A stretch of 64,000 nt of DNA from an uncultured Methanoregulaceae archaeon (GTDB lineage: Archaea > Halobacteriota > Methanomicrobia > Methanomicrobiales > Methanospirillaceae), in contig OY970343.1 in NCBI GenBank assembly GCA_963717525.1, positions 1,792,001 through 1,856,000 of the forward strand, read 5' to 3'. The notes below the pieces were generated by a model, which searched no databases, was not told the origin of the DNA, and was given only the letters and a program-made list of their open reading frames with translations. Positions 21,964 to 33,292 of the stretch are shown here, piece by piece (the stretch's first letter is position 1; every line of letters begins with the position of its first letter). The translations under genes and the position numbers were made by a program.

Positions 21964-22530
21964 AGATCTGCGGGATCACCCGCAAAGAAGACGCACGGTT
22001 CGCGGAGTTGGCCGGGGCTGATGCAATTGGTGTTGTCATGTTCTCCCCATCCTCGCCCCGCTCGGTGACTGAGGAAAAGGCCCGGGAAATCTTTGGCGCG
22101 CTCGGGCCGTTTGTGACCCGGGTCATTGTCACGCACACGCGATCTGATGATGATCTCAAGCGAATTCTTACGCTCCGTCCGGATGCGATCCAGATATCGC
22201 ACCCATTTGTCTTTGCTGAAGCGCCGGGTGCCCGGGTGCTCCGGGTGATCGGGCGCGGGGACGCCGGGCCTGCGGACTGCGATGCAGTGATCGTGGACGA
22301 AAGCATGGGCGCTGGCCGGCACTTCGACCGCGCGTTTGCGAAGGAGATTGTAGCAGAGATCCGCGGTGCCGGTCATCCTTGCCGGGGGGCTCACCCCGGA
22401 AAATGTCGGGGACGCGATCCGGGAGATCCGGCCCTACGCTGTCGATGTCGCAAGCGGTGTCGAAGAGAGACCGGGAATAAAGGATCACAAAAAAATCGCG
22501 GCTTTCATCGTCGCAGCACGGGTGGCATGA
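21954..22530 (+). CDS. trpF: Phosphoribosylanthranilate isomerase, with an apparent frameshift near 22357
   Basis: KICGIT at the start; [11 protein letters not shown]...VDVASGVE...KD in the second frame. Confidence 0.92.
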
Positions 22531-22531
22531 T

Positions 22532-23698
22532 ATGGGAGGGAAAGGACGGTTCGGGAAGTATGGGGGGCAGTACGTGCCGGAAACACTCATGAACGCACTC
22601 ATCGAACTCGAAGAGGCCTACCGGAATGCAGCGCACGACCCGGCATTTGAAAAGGAACTCGCCGCATACCAGTCGGAATACGCAGGCCGCCCGACACCGC
22701 TCACGTTCTGCGAAAACATGTCCCGGGACCTCGGTTTCAGGGTGTACCTGAAGCGCGAGGATCTTGTCCACGGCGGGTCGCACAAGCTCAACAACACGCT
22801 CGGGCAGGCACTCCTTGCAAAACGGATGGGTAAGAAACGACTGATCGCTGAGACCGGCGCCGGGCAGCACGGGGTCGCAACCGCAATTGCCGGGGCGGTG
22901 CTCGGTTTTAAAGTCGATGTCTTCATGGGCGAGGTCGACACGAAACGCCAGGCCCTCAACGTCTTCCGGATGGAACTGATGGGCGCAACAGTCCACCCGG
23001 TAAATTCCGGAACAAAAACGCTCAAGGACGCTACAAACGAGGCACTCCGCAACTGGGTGGCAAACGTAAATGACACGCACTACCTGATCGGATCGGTCGT
23101 CGGCCCGCACCCGTTCCCGACTATTGTGAGGGATTTCCAGTCGGTGATCGGGCACGAAGCCCGGGAGCAGGTCATGCGAAAAGAGGGAAGAATGCCGGAC
23201 GCCATCGTTGCCTGTGTCGGCGGGGGCTCGAACGCGATTGGTATCTTCCACCCGTTCCTTGACGATGACGTGGAGTTTATCGGCATCGAAGCGGCCGGCA
23301 AAGGACTCGATACGCCGGAGCATTCCGCAACCCTCTGCACCGGGGATCCCGGTGTGCTGCACGGCACGCTCTCGTACCTGTTGCAGGATAAAGACGGGCA
23401 GGTGCTTCCAACGCACAGCATTGCGGCCGGTCTCGATTACCCCGGCGTCGGCCCCGAGCATGCGATGCTCAAGGACTCGCACCGGGTTTCCTACCACGCG
23501 GTCCGGGACCCGGACGTGCTTTGTGCATTCCGGTACCTCTCGCGGACTGAGGGGATCATCCCGGCGCTCGAATCCTCCCACGCGGTCGCGTATGTCCTGC
23601 AAAACCGGGACCGGTTTGACAAGGGTGACGTAGTGATCATCAACCTGTCAGGCCGGGGCGACAAGGATGTTGCGGGAATTGCACCGGAGGTGGAGTGA
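22532..23698 (+). CDS. trpB: Tryptophan synthase beta chain
   Basis: [22 protein letters not shown] and NLSGRGDKD. Confidence 0.98.
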   Translation: MGGKGRFGKYGGQYVPETLMNALIELEEAYRNAAHDPAFEKELAAYQSEYAGRPTPLTFCENMSRDLGFRVYLKREDLVHGGSHKLNNTLGQALLAKRMGKKRLIAETGAGQHGVATAIAGAVLGFKVDVFMGEVDTKRQALNVFRMELMGATVHPVNSGTKTLKDATNEALRNWVANVNDTHYLIGSVVGPHPFPTIVRDFQSVIGHEAREQVMRKEGRMPDAIVACVGGGSNAIGIFHPFLDDDVEFIGIEAAGKGLDTPEHSATLCTGDPGVLHGTLSYLLQDKDGQVLPTHSIAAGLDYPGVGPEHAMLKDSHRVSYHAVRDPDVLCAFRYLSRTEGIIPALESSHAVAYVLQNRDRFDKGDVVIINLSGRGDKDVAGIAPEVE

Positions 23699-24492
23699 TG
23701 GGGCGAATCGATAAAATTTTCCGGAAGAAAGGCGCAACGGCTTTTATCGGTTTTGCCGTGGCAGGGGATCCGGATAAGGAAACCTCGGTCCGTATCGCAA
23801 AGGCGCTCATCGATGGCGGGACGGACATCCTCGAACTGGGAGTTCCGTTCTCGGACCCGGTGGCAGACGGCCCGACCATCCAGCGGGCGGACGACCGGGC
23901 GCTCGCTGCAGGCACCACGCCCGATACGATCTTTGCGATCGTCCGGGATGTCAGGGCATATTCCGATATCCCGATTGTCTTTCTCACGTACTTCAACACG
24001 ATCTACCGGCGTGGCATCGACCGGTTCTACTGCGAAGCTCACGAGGCCGGCGTTGATGGCATTCTTGTGGCCGACATGCCGGTCGAAGAGTCCGGCGAGG
24101 TCATGGAGATCGCGCAGAAATATGGGATCGATCCGATCTTCCTTATCACGCGAACAACGTCTGATGAGCGCATGGATACAATCGTGCGGCGGGCGCGGGG
24201 CTATCTCTACCTCGTCTCGGTGCTTGGTGTCACGGGCGCACGAAAGGAGGTCTCTCCCGAGGCCCTCGCCCTTCTCCACAGGGTCAGGAAACATACAAAG
24301 ATTCCGCTCGCCCTCGGGTTTGGGATCTCCACACCGGATCATGTGGCAACCTGCCGGCGGGCCGGGGCAGATGGTGTAATCGTCGGGAGTGCCATTGTGG
24401 ATATTGTCGAGCGGCACCTTGGCGATCCCGATGCGATGGAGACCTCACTTCGTCGATATGTTACCGGGATGAAAGACGCAGCGGAAAAGTGA
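23698..24492 (+). CDS. trpA: Tryptophan synthase alpha chain
   Basis: ELGVPFSDPVADGPTIQ, GVTG, GFGIS and VGSA. Confidence 0.97.
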   Translation: MGRIDKIFRKKGATAFIGFAVAGDPDKETSVRIAKALIDGGTDILELGVPFSDPVADGPTIQRADDRALAAGTTPDTIFAIVRDVRAYSDIPIVFLTYFNTIYRRGIDRFYCEAHEAGVDGILVADMPVEESGEVMEIAQKYGIDPIFLITRTTSDERMDTIVRRARGYLYLVSVLGVTGARKEVSPEALALLHRVRKHTKIPLALGFGISTPDHVATCRRAGADGVIVGSAIVDIVERHLGDPDAMETSLRRYVTGMKDAAEK

Positions 24493-24594
24493 GATCTTCA
24501 AAATGCGGGCTGGATTTGAAGAACGTGAACAAACCCCGAAAAACAATTCGATCTTTTTTTATGACGGACGGGTAAACATTGTTCGATCTGGATC

Positions 24595-24924
24595 ATGAAA
24601 TCGAGATTCGCTGTAGTTCTTATTCTTGGACTCTGTGTTGCTGCCTGTATCATCATTGCCGGCTGCACCCAGCAGTCCTCATCTGTACCGACAACCGCCC
24701 CCACGCCGGCCACGACCCCGACCGTTCAGGCTGTCCCGACCGGGACGGCCGGTATGCCCAATCCCGCCGCGGTCAACTGCGGCAATGTTGGCGGTACCAC
24801 CGAGATCATGATGAACCCTGACGGCAGCCAGTACGGCATGTGCAATTTCCCGAATGGAACGTCCTGTGAGGAGTGGGCGCTCTTCCGTGGCGAAGGCTGC
24901 AAGGCTGGAAACGTAACTGCATAA
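24595..24924 (+). CDS. DUF333 domain lipoprotein
   Basis: Signal peptide with IAGC lipobox, P/T linker, then MPNPAAVNC..GG...C.FPNG..CEEWALFRG. Confidence 0.85.
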   Translation: MKSRFAVVLILGLCVAACIIIAGCTQQSSSVPTTAPTPATTPTVQAVPTGTAGMPNPAAVNCGNVGGTTEIMMNPDGSQYGMCNFPNGTSCEEWALFRGEGCKAGNVTA

Positions 24925-25026
24925 GCGGAAAACACCTTTTTTTATGAGATTAAATCCCGGCCTGACCGGGAAGAGTCCCTGCCCGCACGATAAAATATAC
25001 CCATAGTGCCGGCAAACAACATCATC

Positions 25027-26367
25027 ATGCAGGCAGACATCCCCCGGATCGTGATTGCCGGCACGCACAGCGGCTGCGGCAAGACCACGATCGCAAGCGG
25101 CCTGATGGCAGCCCTCGTGGCCCGTGGTCTGGACGTCCAGCCGTTCAAGACCGGGCCTGACTTCATCGATCCCTCCCACCACACGCTCATATGCGGCAGG
25201 GCGTCGAGAAATCTCGACCCCTGCATGATGGGAGAGTCCGGGGTGCTCCGGACCTTTGCAGATGCAACAACGGGCGCCGATATCGCCGTCATCGAAGGGG
25301 CCATGGGAATGTTTGACGGGACCGGGGGCACGGACACCGCCAGTGCGGCCCATATAGCCCGGATTCTCAAAGCACCGGTCATCCTCGTTGTCGATGCGCA
25401 TGCGGTCTCACGCAGCATCCACGCCGTCATCCGGGGCTTTAAGGACTTCGATCCCCGGGTGACCGTTGCCGGTATCATCTACAATCGGATCGGGAGCGAC
25501 CGGCACCGGACGATGATCGCGCGGGAAGAGATCGTCCCGGCGCTTGGCTGGGTGCCCCGACACCAGGAGTGCGAGGTCAAGAGCCGACACCTCGGCCTTG
25601 TCATGGCGTCCGAATCGCCGGCAATGAAGGCATTCGGTCGCGTGATCCAGGAGTCATGCGATCTCGAACGGATACTCGCAGTTGCAGCAGCGGCCCCCCC
25701 GCTAGCGGTTCCCGGAAGCTCAGCGCACAAGCCGCATCCATCGCACCGCCATGCGGTGATCGGGGTCGCGCATGACGACGCGTTCTGCTTCTATTACCAG
25801 GACAATCTCGACCGGCTGAGCCGTGCCGGGGCGGAGCTCCGGTATTTCTCGCCTCTCCTGGACACGGAGCCGGAGGTGGATGCGGTCTACATCGGGGGAG
25901 GATACCCCGAGCTCCACGCAGCAGCGCTCGAACGCTCGCGGTTCAGGAAGTACCTCCGCAACAGGGTCACGGAGGGCATGCCGGTGTACGGGGAGTGCGG
26001 CGGGCTTATGTACTTGTGCAGATCCCTTAAAACAGACAGGAAATACGCGATGGCCGGAGTGTTCCCGGCCCGGGCGGAGATGACAAAAAAACTCCAGGCG
26101 CTGGGATATGTTCGCGGCACATTCACTGCCCGGCCCGGCCTCTGGACAGGAACGTTGGCGGTCCGGGGCCACGAGTTCCATTACTCCCGGGTCGGATGCG
26201 ATGCCGATGCCCGGTTTGCGATCCGGCTCGGGCAGGGGTCCGGGATCCGGGAGGGAAACGACGGGCTTGTGGAACATGCAGCAATCGGCGCGTACACCCA
26301 CGCGTATTTCACCGACGCGTTCGCGCGACGCTTTGTTGATGCCGCGGCGGCCTCTTCACGACATTAG
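25027..26367 (+). CDS. cbiA: Cobyrinate a,c-diamide synthase
   Basis: SGCGKTT, GPDFIDP, EGAMG, GGYPE, ECGG and GHEFHYS. Confidence 0.92.
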   Translation: MQADIPRIVIAGTHSGCGKTTIASGLMAALVARGLDVQPFKTGPDFIDPSHHTLICGRASRNLDPCMMGESGVLRTFADATTGADIAVIEGAMGMFDGTGGTDTASAAHIARILKAPVILVVDAHAVSRSIHAVIRGFKDFDPRVTVAGIIYNRIGSDRHRTMIAREEIVPALGWVPRHQECEVKSRHLGLVMASESPAMKAFGRVIQESCDLERILAVAAAAPPLAVPGSSAHKPHPSHRHAVIGVAHDDAFCFYYQDNLDRLSRAGAELRYFSPLLDTEPEVDAVYIGGGYPELHAAALERSRFRKYLRNRVTEGMPVYGECGGLMYLCRSLKTDRKYAMAGVFPARAEMTKKLQALGYVRGTFTARPGLWTGTLAVRGHEFHYSRVGCDADARFAIRLGQGSGIREGNDGLVEHAAIGAYTHAYFTDAFARRFVDAAAASSRH

Positions 26368-26456
26368 GGGAGGAACATAAAAAAACGCCCCGTATGAGGG
26401 GGATTCCCCTAACAGAAATGGTATAAAGGCTGCAGTCCATCCTCAGAATGTGGACT

Positions 26457-26888
26457 ATGACCGGTAGACTCCGCATCCTCTTTATCTGCACCGCAAACGC
26501 CGCCCGTTCCCAGATGGCGGAAAGTTACCTCAAGACGAAATACAGCGACAGGTACGAGGTCTTCTCGGCAGGATTCCGCCCATCCGGGCGGATAAGTACC
26601 CGTGCGATTGAGGTGATGAAAGAGATCGGAATCGATATCTCCGGCAACCAGCCGAAATCACTCGATACGTTTAAGGGTGTCCCGTTCGATCTCGCCGTCA
26701 CGCTCTGCGACAACGCCCGTGCGGTCTGCCCGGTCGTCCCCTCGGCAAAAAGGACGATCCACCGGGGGTTTCCCGACCCCCACCTGACCCCGGGCACCGA
26801 TGCGGAGATCCTCGAAGGGTACAGAAGAGTGAGAGATGCAATCTGTACATGGATCGATGCCAGCTTCGCGCACGGGCTGCCCCTGTAA
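26457..26888 (+). CDS. arsC: Arsenate reductase / low-molecular-weight phosphatase family
   Basis: LFICTANAARSQMAE, TLCD...CP and DP...YRRVRD. Confidence 0.85.
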   Translation: MTGRLRILFICTANAARSQMAESYLKTKYSDRYEVFSAGFRPSGRISTRAIEVMKEIGIDISGNQPKSLDTFKGVPFDLAVTLCDNARAVCPVVPSAKRTIHRGFPDPHLTPGTDAEILEGYRRVRDAICTWIDASFAHGLPL

Positions 26889-26957
26889 CCACCCTGTTCT
26901 CATAATAAAGTTCATCATGCCCCGCTGCCACCATTGAACTATCGGTGCGTGATTTCC

Positions 26958-28175
26958 ATGACCGGACTGAAAAAAAAGCGGACAAACATCTACGCGGACT
27001 CACTTGCATTCCACGAGAAATATCGCGGGAAGATCGAGGTCCACTCAAAAGTCCGGCTGAAAAACCGTCGGGATCTCTCTCTTGCCTATACCCCGGGTGT
27101 CGGTGCGGTCTCAAAAGAGATCGCAAAAGACCCGCAGCTCGCTTGGAAATACACGCTCAAGGCCAACACGATTGCGATTGTATCTGATGGTTCCCGCGTG
27201 CTCTCCCTCGGAAACATCGGGGGATATGCCGCTATACCCGTAATGGAAGGAAAGGCCCTCCTCTTCAAGAAACTCGCCGGCATCGACGCCTTCCCGATCT
27301 GTTTTGAGAGTTACCACACGGAATTTGCTGACGATATCAAAAACATCGCGCCGGTCTTTGGGGGTATCGCGCTCGAGGACATCGCGGCGCCGAAGTGCTT
27401 CGAGCTCGAAGAGGCGTTGCAGGGCATCGGGATCCCGGTGATGCACGACGATCAGCATGGCACCGCGGTGGTCGTGCTCGCCGCACTCCTGAACGCTTGC
27501 CGGGTGACGGGCAAACCGTTCGGGGACTTAAACATCGTCATCTGCGGGGCCGGGGCGGCGGGCTTTGCTATCACCCGCATGCTCCGGCACATCGGCTACG
27601 ACCCCGGGCTTTTCCCGAGCGTGAATGATATCATCGTCTGCGATACGCAGGGGATCATCCACCGTGAGCGCGAAGGACTCTACACGAACAAATACAAGTT
27701 CATCATTGCCGAGGAGACCAACCGGGGAGGGCGCATGGGGACGCTTGCCGATGCGATGGATGGGGCGGATGTCTGCATCGGTGTCTCGGTGCCGGGAATC
27801 GTGACACCTGCAATGATTCGGACGATGGCAGATGACCCGATCATCTTTGCGCTGGCAAGCCCCCTTCCCGAGATCCTGCCAAAGGACGCCCTGCTTGCAG
27901 GGGCGGGCGTGGTAGGCACGGCGCGCAGCGAGTACCCCAACCAGATTAACTACGCTCTCGCCTTCCCGGGGATTTTCCGGGGGGCTCTCGACGTATGTGC
28001 GACCCGGATCTCCGATGAGATGAAGGTCGCAGCCGCACACGCCCTTGCCGGGTACGTCAAACATCCCCGACGGGATCGTATCCTGCCCCGGGTCCTCAAC
28101 CGCGACGTGGTCAAAGCCGTGGCAGGGGCCGTGAGCGAAGCAGCGATCGCGAGCGGCTGCGCCCGGGAATTTTAA
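26958..28175 (+). CDS. NAD(P)-dependent malic enzyme
   Basis: AYTPGV, MEGKALLFK, LEDIAAP, HDDQHGTA, GAGAAG and NQIN..LAFPG. Confidence 0.93.
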   Translation: MTGLKKKRTNIYADSLAFHEKYRGKIEVHSKVRLKNRRDLSLAYTPGVGAVSKEIAKDPQLAWKYTLKANTIAIVSDGSRVLSLGNIGGYAAIPVMEGKALLFKKLAGIDAFPICFESYHTEFADDIKNIAPVFGGIALEDIAAPKCFELEEALQGIGIPVMHDDQHGTAVVVLAALLNACRVTGKPFGDLNIVICGAGAAGFAITRMLRHIGYDPGLFPSVNDIIVCDTQGIIHREREGLYTNKYKFIIAEETNRGGRMGTLADAMDGADVCIGVSVPGIVTPAMIRTMADDPIIFALASPLPEILPKDALLAGAGVVGTARSEYPNQINYALAFPGIFRGALDVCATRISDEMKVAAAHALAGYVKHPRRDRILPRVLNRDVVKAVAGAVSEAAIASGCAREF

Positions 28176-28190
28176 ACGACCGGGCCGGTG

Positions 28191-29027
28191 TTATGGCTGT
28201 TCCGGCCGGATCACCTGACAGATCTGCTTCATGAGGGTATGGTGCCGCCGGAGCTCGGCACAATACGTGCCGCTGCAATCGCTCTTTTCCACCGGCTCCC
28301 ACAAAAGCCCGCAATCGGTATCCCAGAGCACGAGCCCTTCCGCCGGCGCCGGCTGGATCGGCCGGTTCGCCGTCTCGTTAAGCAGCAACAGGATCCCATC
28401 CATATCCAATTCACCGGCGCCAACGGAAAGGAGTGCAGTGGCCATGCACCGCACCTGATGCCAAAGGAAACTTTCGGCCTTCACTTCGAGATACGTGAAC
28501 CGGCCTTCGGTCCCGATACGGGCTTCGAGAACCTTCCGCCACGGGTTCTTATCCCCCACACGGGCCAGGTTCGAGAAGTTGTGCTCGCCAATGAAGATCC
28601 CGGCCGCCGCTTCCATTGACTGCAGATCGCGCACCTGCACGGAATAATAGTACCTGTACGTACGCGACCGGGCATCGAACCGGGGGTGAAAGGCATCTGC
28701 GACTTCAGCAGACGCGGTGCACCAGACATCGAGCGGCAGCTGGAGGTTGAGCGCCTGACGGGCGCGGTCCGGATACGACGTGGAAAATGCGATGACCTGC
28801 CCGCAGGCATGTACCCCGCGATCGGTTCTCCCGGCAGAGCAGAAACCGGCTGCACGCCAGTCGGAAAAAAGATCGAGGCGCCGACACGCGGCGATAAACT
28901 CGCCTTCGACCGTGCGGCTGGACTCCTGCTGCTGCGAGCCATAGAACCGGGTACCGAGGTACGAGACCCGGAATGCAAGCCTCACCGGACGCGGAACCGC
29001 CGGGTCAGTCGTTTTATCCGTCTCCAT
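28191..29027 (-). CDS. truA: tRNA pseudouridine(38-40) synthase
   Basis: AGRTDRGVHA, FHPRFDA, SFLWHQVR and PAPAEGL. Confidence 0.95.
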   Translation of the reverse strand: METDKTTDPAVPRPVRLAFRVSYLGTRFYGSQQQESSRTVEGEFIAACRRLDLFSDWRAAGFCSAGRTDRGVHACGQVIAFSTSYPDRARQALNLQLPLDVWCTASAEVADAFHPRFDARSRTYRYYYSVQVRDLQSMEAAAGIFIGEHNFSNLARVGDKNPWRKVLEARIGTEGRFTYLEVKAESFLWHQVRCMATALLSVGAGELDMDGILLLLNETANRPIQPAPAEGLVLWDTDCGLLWEPVEKSDCSGTYCAELRRHHTLMKQICQVIRPEQP

Positions 29028-29659
29028 GTGTTGTTCAGCGACTGGCGGGTATACGTGCGCAGGGGCGTCTTTCTCCCGCCGCAGAAAACCTGCCCCTTCC
29101 GGATAGCGGTGAAGATGGCCTGGATATCCGGCTCTGCTTCGACAAACGTCCTCCCAAATCCCACAAACCGGGCGTTGTGAGCATCGCTTCCCCCGACACA
29201 GGGCTTGTTCAGCCGCGCCGCTATCCGACCAGCCTTGCGGTTGGCCGAACCCACGATGTACCGGCTGTTGAAGGCCTCGACCGCATCCACGATATTCATC
29301 GCGACGCGTATTCTCCGGGCGACGCCATGCCGCCAGACGTGGTACGGGTGGGGGAGGATCACCAGCGCCCCCATGCGCCGGGCGATCCTGACCGTCTCGC
29401 GCACATCAAGGCCTGCGGGAATAACCTCGGTCACACCCAGCACCAGCAGGTGTCCCTGCAGGGTCGAAACTTCGATGCCGGGGATAACAAGAACCGGGCT
29501 GTCGCATGCGAGCGCCTTCTTCGCCCCGTCAACGCAGTCATGGTCGGTAATGGCGATCACGTCGAGCCCGACTGCCTCGGCCTGACGGAGGATCTCTTCG
29601 ACACTGCTCTCGCCGTCCTTGGAAAAATTCGTGTGCACATGCAGATCGCAGGTCAGCAT
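28982..29659 (-). CDS. PHP domain metal-dependent phosphoesterase
   Basis: DLHVHT, ITDHD and GGSDAH. Confidence 0.9.
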   Translation of the reverse strand: MLTCDLHVHTNFSKDGESSVEEILRQAEAVGLDVIAITDHDCVDGAKKALACDSPVLVIPGIEVSTLQGHLLVLGVTEVIPAGLDVRETVRIARRMGALVILPHPYHVWRHGVARRIRVAMNIVDAVEAFNSRYIVGSANRKAGRIAARLNKPCVGGSDAHNARFVGFGRTFVEAEPDIQAIFTAIRKGQVFCGGRKTPLRTYTRQSLNNTWRRIKRLTRRFRVR

Positions 29660-29700
29660 CTGATCATAGTGTTTTTATCTCTCTGGTATTAAGAAAACGT

Positions 29701-31114
29701 ATGCGTATCCTCCTCCCCACCGGGGCCGCTACGGCTGAGACGGTGCGCCGGGCAGCGGCCGGCTTCGACGCCGAGGTGGTGGTGACTGGAAAGATCGCTT
29801 CGTTCCTGACCCCGCATGCACTTCGCAACCTTATCACGAAAGGCACATACGATGTGGTATTGGTCTCCGGGATGTGCACGGTCTCGTTTGAGCGGGTGGA
29901 GCACGAGACCGGGGTGCCCGTGTATCGCGGCCCCCGGCACGCGGCTGACCTCGTATGGGTACTCCCGCTCGTGGGAAAGGTCCCGCTCTCGCGAACGGTT
30001 CCTGCCGATGATTTCCTCGCTGCAAAAAATGCAGAGGACGCGATGGCACGGGTAACGGCAACCGAGGACGGGGCGGAACCGGAGTTTGTGATCCGGGGCA
30101 CAAAAATAGGCGGGAATTCACGGATGAAAGTGCTCGCCGAGATCATGGACGCCCACCGGGTGGAGGATATCCGGGCGCTTACAGAACGGGTACTTCTCGG
30201 CCGGGGCGGATATCGTCGACCTCGGCTTCGGCTTCGATGCGACACCGGAAGATGTGAAACAGGTCTTTGGCGAACTTGCGGATATTGACCGCCCGCTCGC
30301 GGTGGACACGCAGGATCCTACCCTGATCCGGGCTGCCCTCTTCCGGGCCGATCTCGTGCTCTCGCTCCAAGAGAAAAATATAACGCTTGTGGGTAAAGAG
30401 GTGGCCCGGGCAGGGGCGGCGGCGGTTGTTGTGCCGGGCGAAAAAACGCTCATGGCAAATATCGCCCGGGCCCGACGGGCCGGGATCTGCTGCATCGTTG
30501 CTGATCCGCTCCTCCAGCCTGCCGGCTCGGGGCTCGTCACCTCGCTTGCGCATTTTAAGAAGTATAATTGTCCGCTCTTCTTTGGGGCGGGGAACGTGAC
30601 CGAGCTTCTCGATGCGGACTCGATCGGTATGAACGCCCTGCTGGCCGGCATGGCACAGGAAGCCGACGCTTCGATCATATTCACGAGCGAGCACTCGGAC
30701 AAGACCCGGGGCTCGATCCGGGAGATGCACCGGGCAACCGAGATGATGGTGCTTGCCCGGGACCGGCCCTACGCAAAGGACCTCGGTATTGATCTGCTGG
30801 TGCTCAAGGAAAAAAGGCGCCGGCGCGAACCGCCGCTCGACTATGAAACGGCAGTTGCGGCAAAAAGGATGCCCGATGAGATCACCTATGACCCCAAAGG
30901 CAACTTCCGGATCGGGATCGAAGGAGATCAGATCGTGGCTGAGGTCCACGGGAAGGCCGTGAAAGGGAGCCGCTGGCAGGATGTGCTGTACACGCTGATC
31001 GAAGGAGGCCATGTCTCGCTCCTCGACCATGCCGGCTACCTTGGCCGGGAGCTCTACAAGGCTGAACTTGCAATCCGGTACGGCAGGAGCTTCGAGCAGG
31101 ACGGAGAGTTTTAG
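29701..31114 (+). CDS. Dihydropteroate synthase-like methanogen protein, with an apparent frameshift near 30190
   Basis: GPRHAADL and KVLAEI, then GADIVDLG...GAGNVTELLDADS...DHAGYLGREL.KAE...FEQD. Confidence 0.85.
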
Positions 31115-31169
31115 CCGTGCGCGACATATTTCTCAACCCTTTTATCTCAAAACCTTCCTATCACTATAC

Positions 31170-31451
31170 ATGACCACACAGGTACGCGCATCCCACATCC
31201 TCGTAACCAAAGAGGACGATGCACATAAGATCTTAAAACGAATCAAAGACGGCGAGGACTTTGCCGCAGTCGCAAAACGCTTCTCGTCATGCCCGTCGAA
31301 AAAGAACGGTGGCGATCTTGGCTGGTTCGGTAAGGGACAGATGGTCCCCGAGTTCGAGCAGGCTGCATTTGCCGCAGAACAGGGTGCCGTCATCGGGCCG
31401 GTCAAGAGCCAGTTCGGGTACCATGTCATCAAGGTGACCGGGAAGAAATAA
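31170..31451 (+). CDS. ppiC: Parvulin-type peptidyl-prolyl isomerase
   Basis: ASHILV, SSCPS..GGDLGWF..GQMVPEFE and FGYHVI. Confidence 0.93.
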   Translation: MTTQVRASHILVTKEDDAHKILKRIKDGEDFAAVAKRFSSCPSKKNGGDLGWFGKGQMVPEFEQAAFAAEQGAVIGPVKSQFGYHVIKVTGKK

Positions 31452-31703
31452 CCCGATCACGTGGATGACACAATAATACATTCCAACTTTTTTCCTGACA
31501 CCGCGTTTGCGATGGCGATATTTGTTGTCAGGGCAGCAAGCAGTCAGCACCGGTTTTAAAAAAGTCCCGGCGTTCATCTTACGATCATGTCGTGGAGGAA
31601 ATTTCGGTATCCCGGTGCCGTGCTCCCCGGTAAGCTGCGAGCCTTTTTTGCATACCAGAACGAATGGATCGGTACAAGCGCCGGGACGCTTTTTTCGTGT
31701 ACC

Positions 31704-32078
31704 ATGACGACCATCCGCGGAATCAAACAGGACCTCCTCAGGCTGCTGCTCGAACTGGGCAAAAACAGTCACCCCAAAGAGTTCGCCGCACTCCTCAAAG
31801 AGGAAGACGGGGTCATCAGCGAACTCAACCTCCTTCCCGGCACCATCACCGGCAGCGCGTCCGCCTCGATCTTCTTTGATATGATGCCACTTGGCACCCA
31901 CACCGCGGGAAGCGCCCACTCCCACCCGAATGGGGTGCTCCGGCCATCGAACGCTGATGTGAATTTCTTTCCCCGGGCAGGAAGGTACCACCTCATCATC
32001 GGCTCCCCGTACCGCGAACACGACTGGCGGTGCTTCACCGCTGACGGCGAACCCTGCGACCTTGCGGTGATCCCATGA
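31704..32078 (+). CDS. Mov34/MPN/JAMM family protein
   Basis: HPKEF and GSAHSHP...PSNAD JAMM motif. Confidence 0.88.
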   Translation: MTTIRGIKQDLLRLLLELGKNSHPKEFAALLKEEDGVISELNLLPGTITGSASASIFFDMMPLGTHTAGSAHSHPNGVLRPSNADVNFFPRAGRYHLIIGSPYREHDWRCFTADGEPCDLAVIP

Positions 32079-32521
32079 CCCCCCGGCGCGTCGTTGCCAC
32101 CGGCACCTTCGACATCCTCCACCCGGGGCACCTCTACTATCTTTCCGAATCAAAGAAACTGGGTGACGAGCTCTTCGTGATCGTGGCCCGGGATGCAAAC
32201 GTGAAGCACAAGCCCCATCCGATCCTCCCGGAAGAACAGCGTCGGGCGATGATCGCCGCACTCAAACCTGTGGACCACGCGATCCTCGGCGACCGGACTG
32301 ACATGTTCCGCCCTATTGAAGAGATCCGCCCCGATATCATCACGATCGGGTTCAACCAGTACTTCGATGAGGAAAAACTGCGAAGCGAGCTCGCGGAGCG
32401 GGGGCTTCATGCCGATGTTATCCGGATAGGAAGATATGCAGACGGGGACCTGGCAAGCTCGCGCCTGATCGTCCAGCGGATCATCGAGGCACGGGGCGGC
32501 GGAAATCAGCCCTTGGGATAG
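32075..32521 (+). CDS. ribL: FAD synthase (cytidylyltransferase family)
   Basis: GTFDILHPGH, VARD and SS..I motifs. Confidence 0.85.
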   Translation: MTPRRVVATGTFDILHPGHLYYLSESKKLGDELFVIVARDANVKHKPHPILPEEQRRAMIAALKPVDHAILGDRTDMFRPIEEIRPDIITIGFNQYFDEEKLRSELAERGLHADVIRIGRYADGDLASSRLIVQRIIEARGGGNQPLG

Positions 32522-33215
32522 AAGGGGCAGTCCCGGGTCCGACATTCCTTGTTCATGTCGTAAAACTGGCAGGTCACATTCTGGTTGAGCGGGATCGTCA
32601 CCCCCAGGTGTTCCTTTACAAAGGCGACTGCTCCCTGTATTGCAAGAAACGTGTTGCGCTTGCAGCAGCGCGGGCCGCCGTGCAGGGCGATCGTCTCAAG
32701 GCTCCGTGCCACCGCAAGGTTTGCCTGCTGCCACTCGCGGTGCGAGAGCGGTGTTGCGCCGGTCACAAGCGAGACAAAAATCCCGGTACCCACCGCCGCC
32801 CCGCAGTCTCCCATAAAACCGCAGGCACCACCCCGTATCATACCGGCGCGATCGCGGGCTGTGGCGATCATCTTTGCTTTACGGTCGGGCTGCCCGGTGA
32901 CGTTGCAGTACGCCGCAAGAAGCACGGCCGGGACGAGAAAGTGATGCTCGGGACCGTGCATGTTCACGGCCGGGTTCTGCATCAGGGTGATGGCCATCAT
33001 AACAGGATCGGTCTCTTTTGTCTGTGCACAGGTACCTGCTCGATCGCATCATCGGCGCCGAGACTATGGCAGCGGTCGCAGACATAGTGACCATTCTCGC
33101 ACACGGCATTGGTTGTCTGGACCCGGTGGCAGTATGCACACTCGTGCGGTTCGGGCGACTCGAGATACCTGATCGGTTTGCCGCAGACCATGCACCCCGT
33201 GCGGTAGTCAGTCAT
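32506..33215 (-). CDS. DUF5714-like Cys-rich protein, with an apparent frameshift near 33032
   Basis: N-terminal CMVCG...CAYC...CENGHYVCDRCH joins MHGPEHH...GGACG..G.CGAA...GGPRCCKR...C..CPFY. Confidence 0.75.
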
Positions 33216-33292
33216 GGGAATCCTGTCTTGTCAAAAGAGAGGGCTCCATACAGGAAAACTTTATCGATCCTGGCGGGTATCCTCTGCATGAG

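Noticed and set aside
18898..24417. Long antisense ORFs over the trp genes and other GC-rich genes
   Set aside because: They are shadow ORFs expected from GC-rich codon usage and show no protein motifs.
24930..25026. Cobalamin riboswitch upstream of cbiA
   Set aside because: The gap is short and lacks recognisable B12-box elements.
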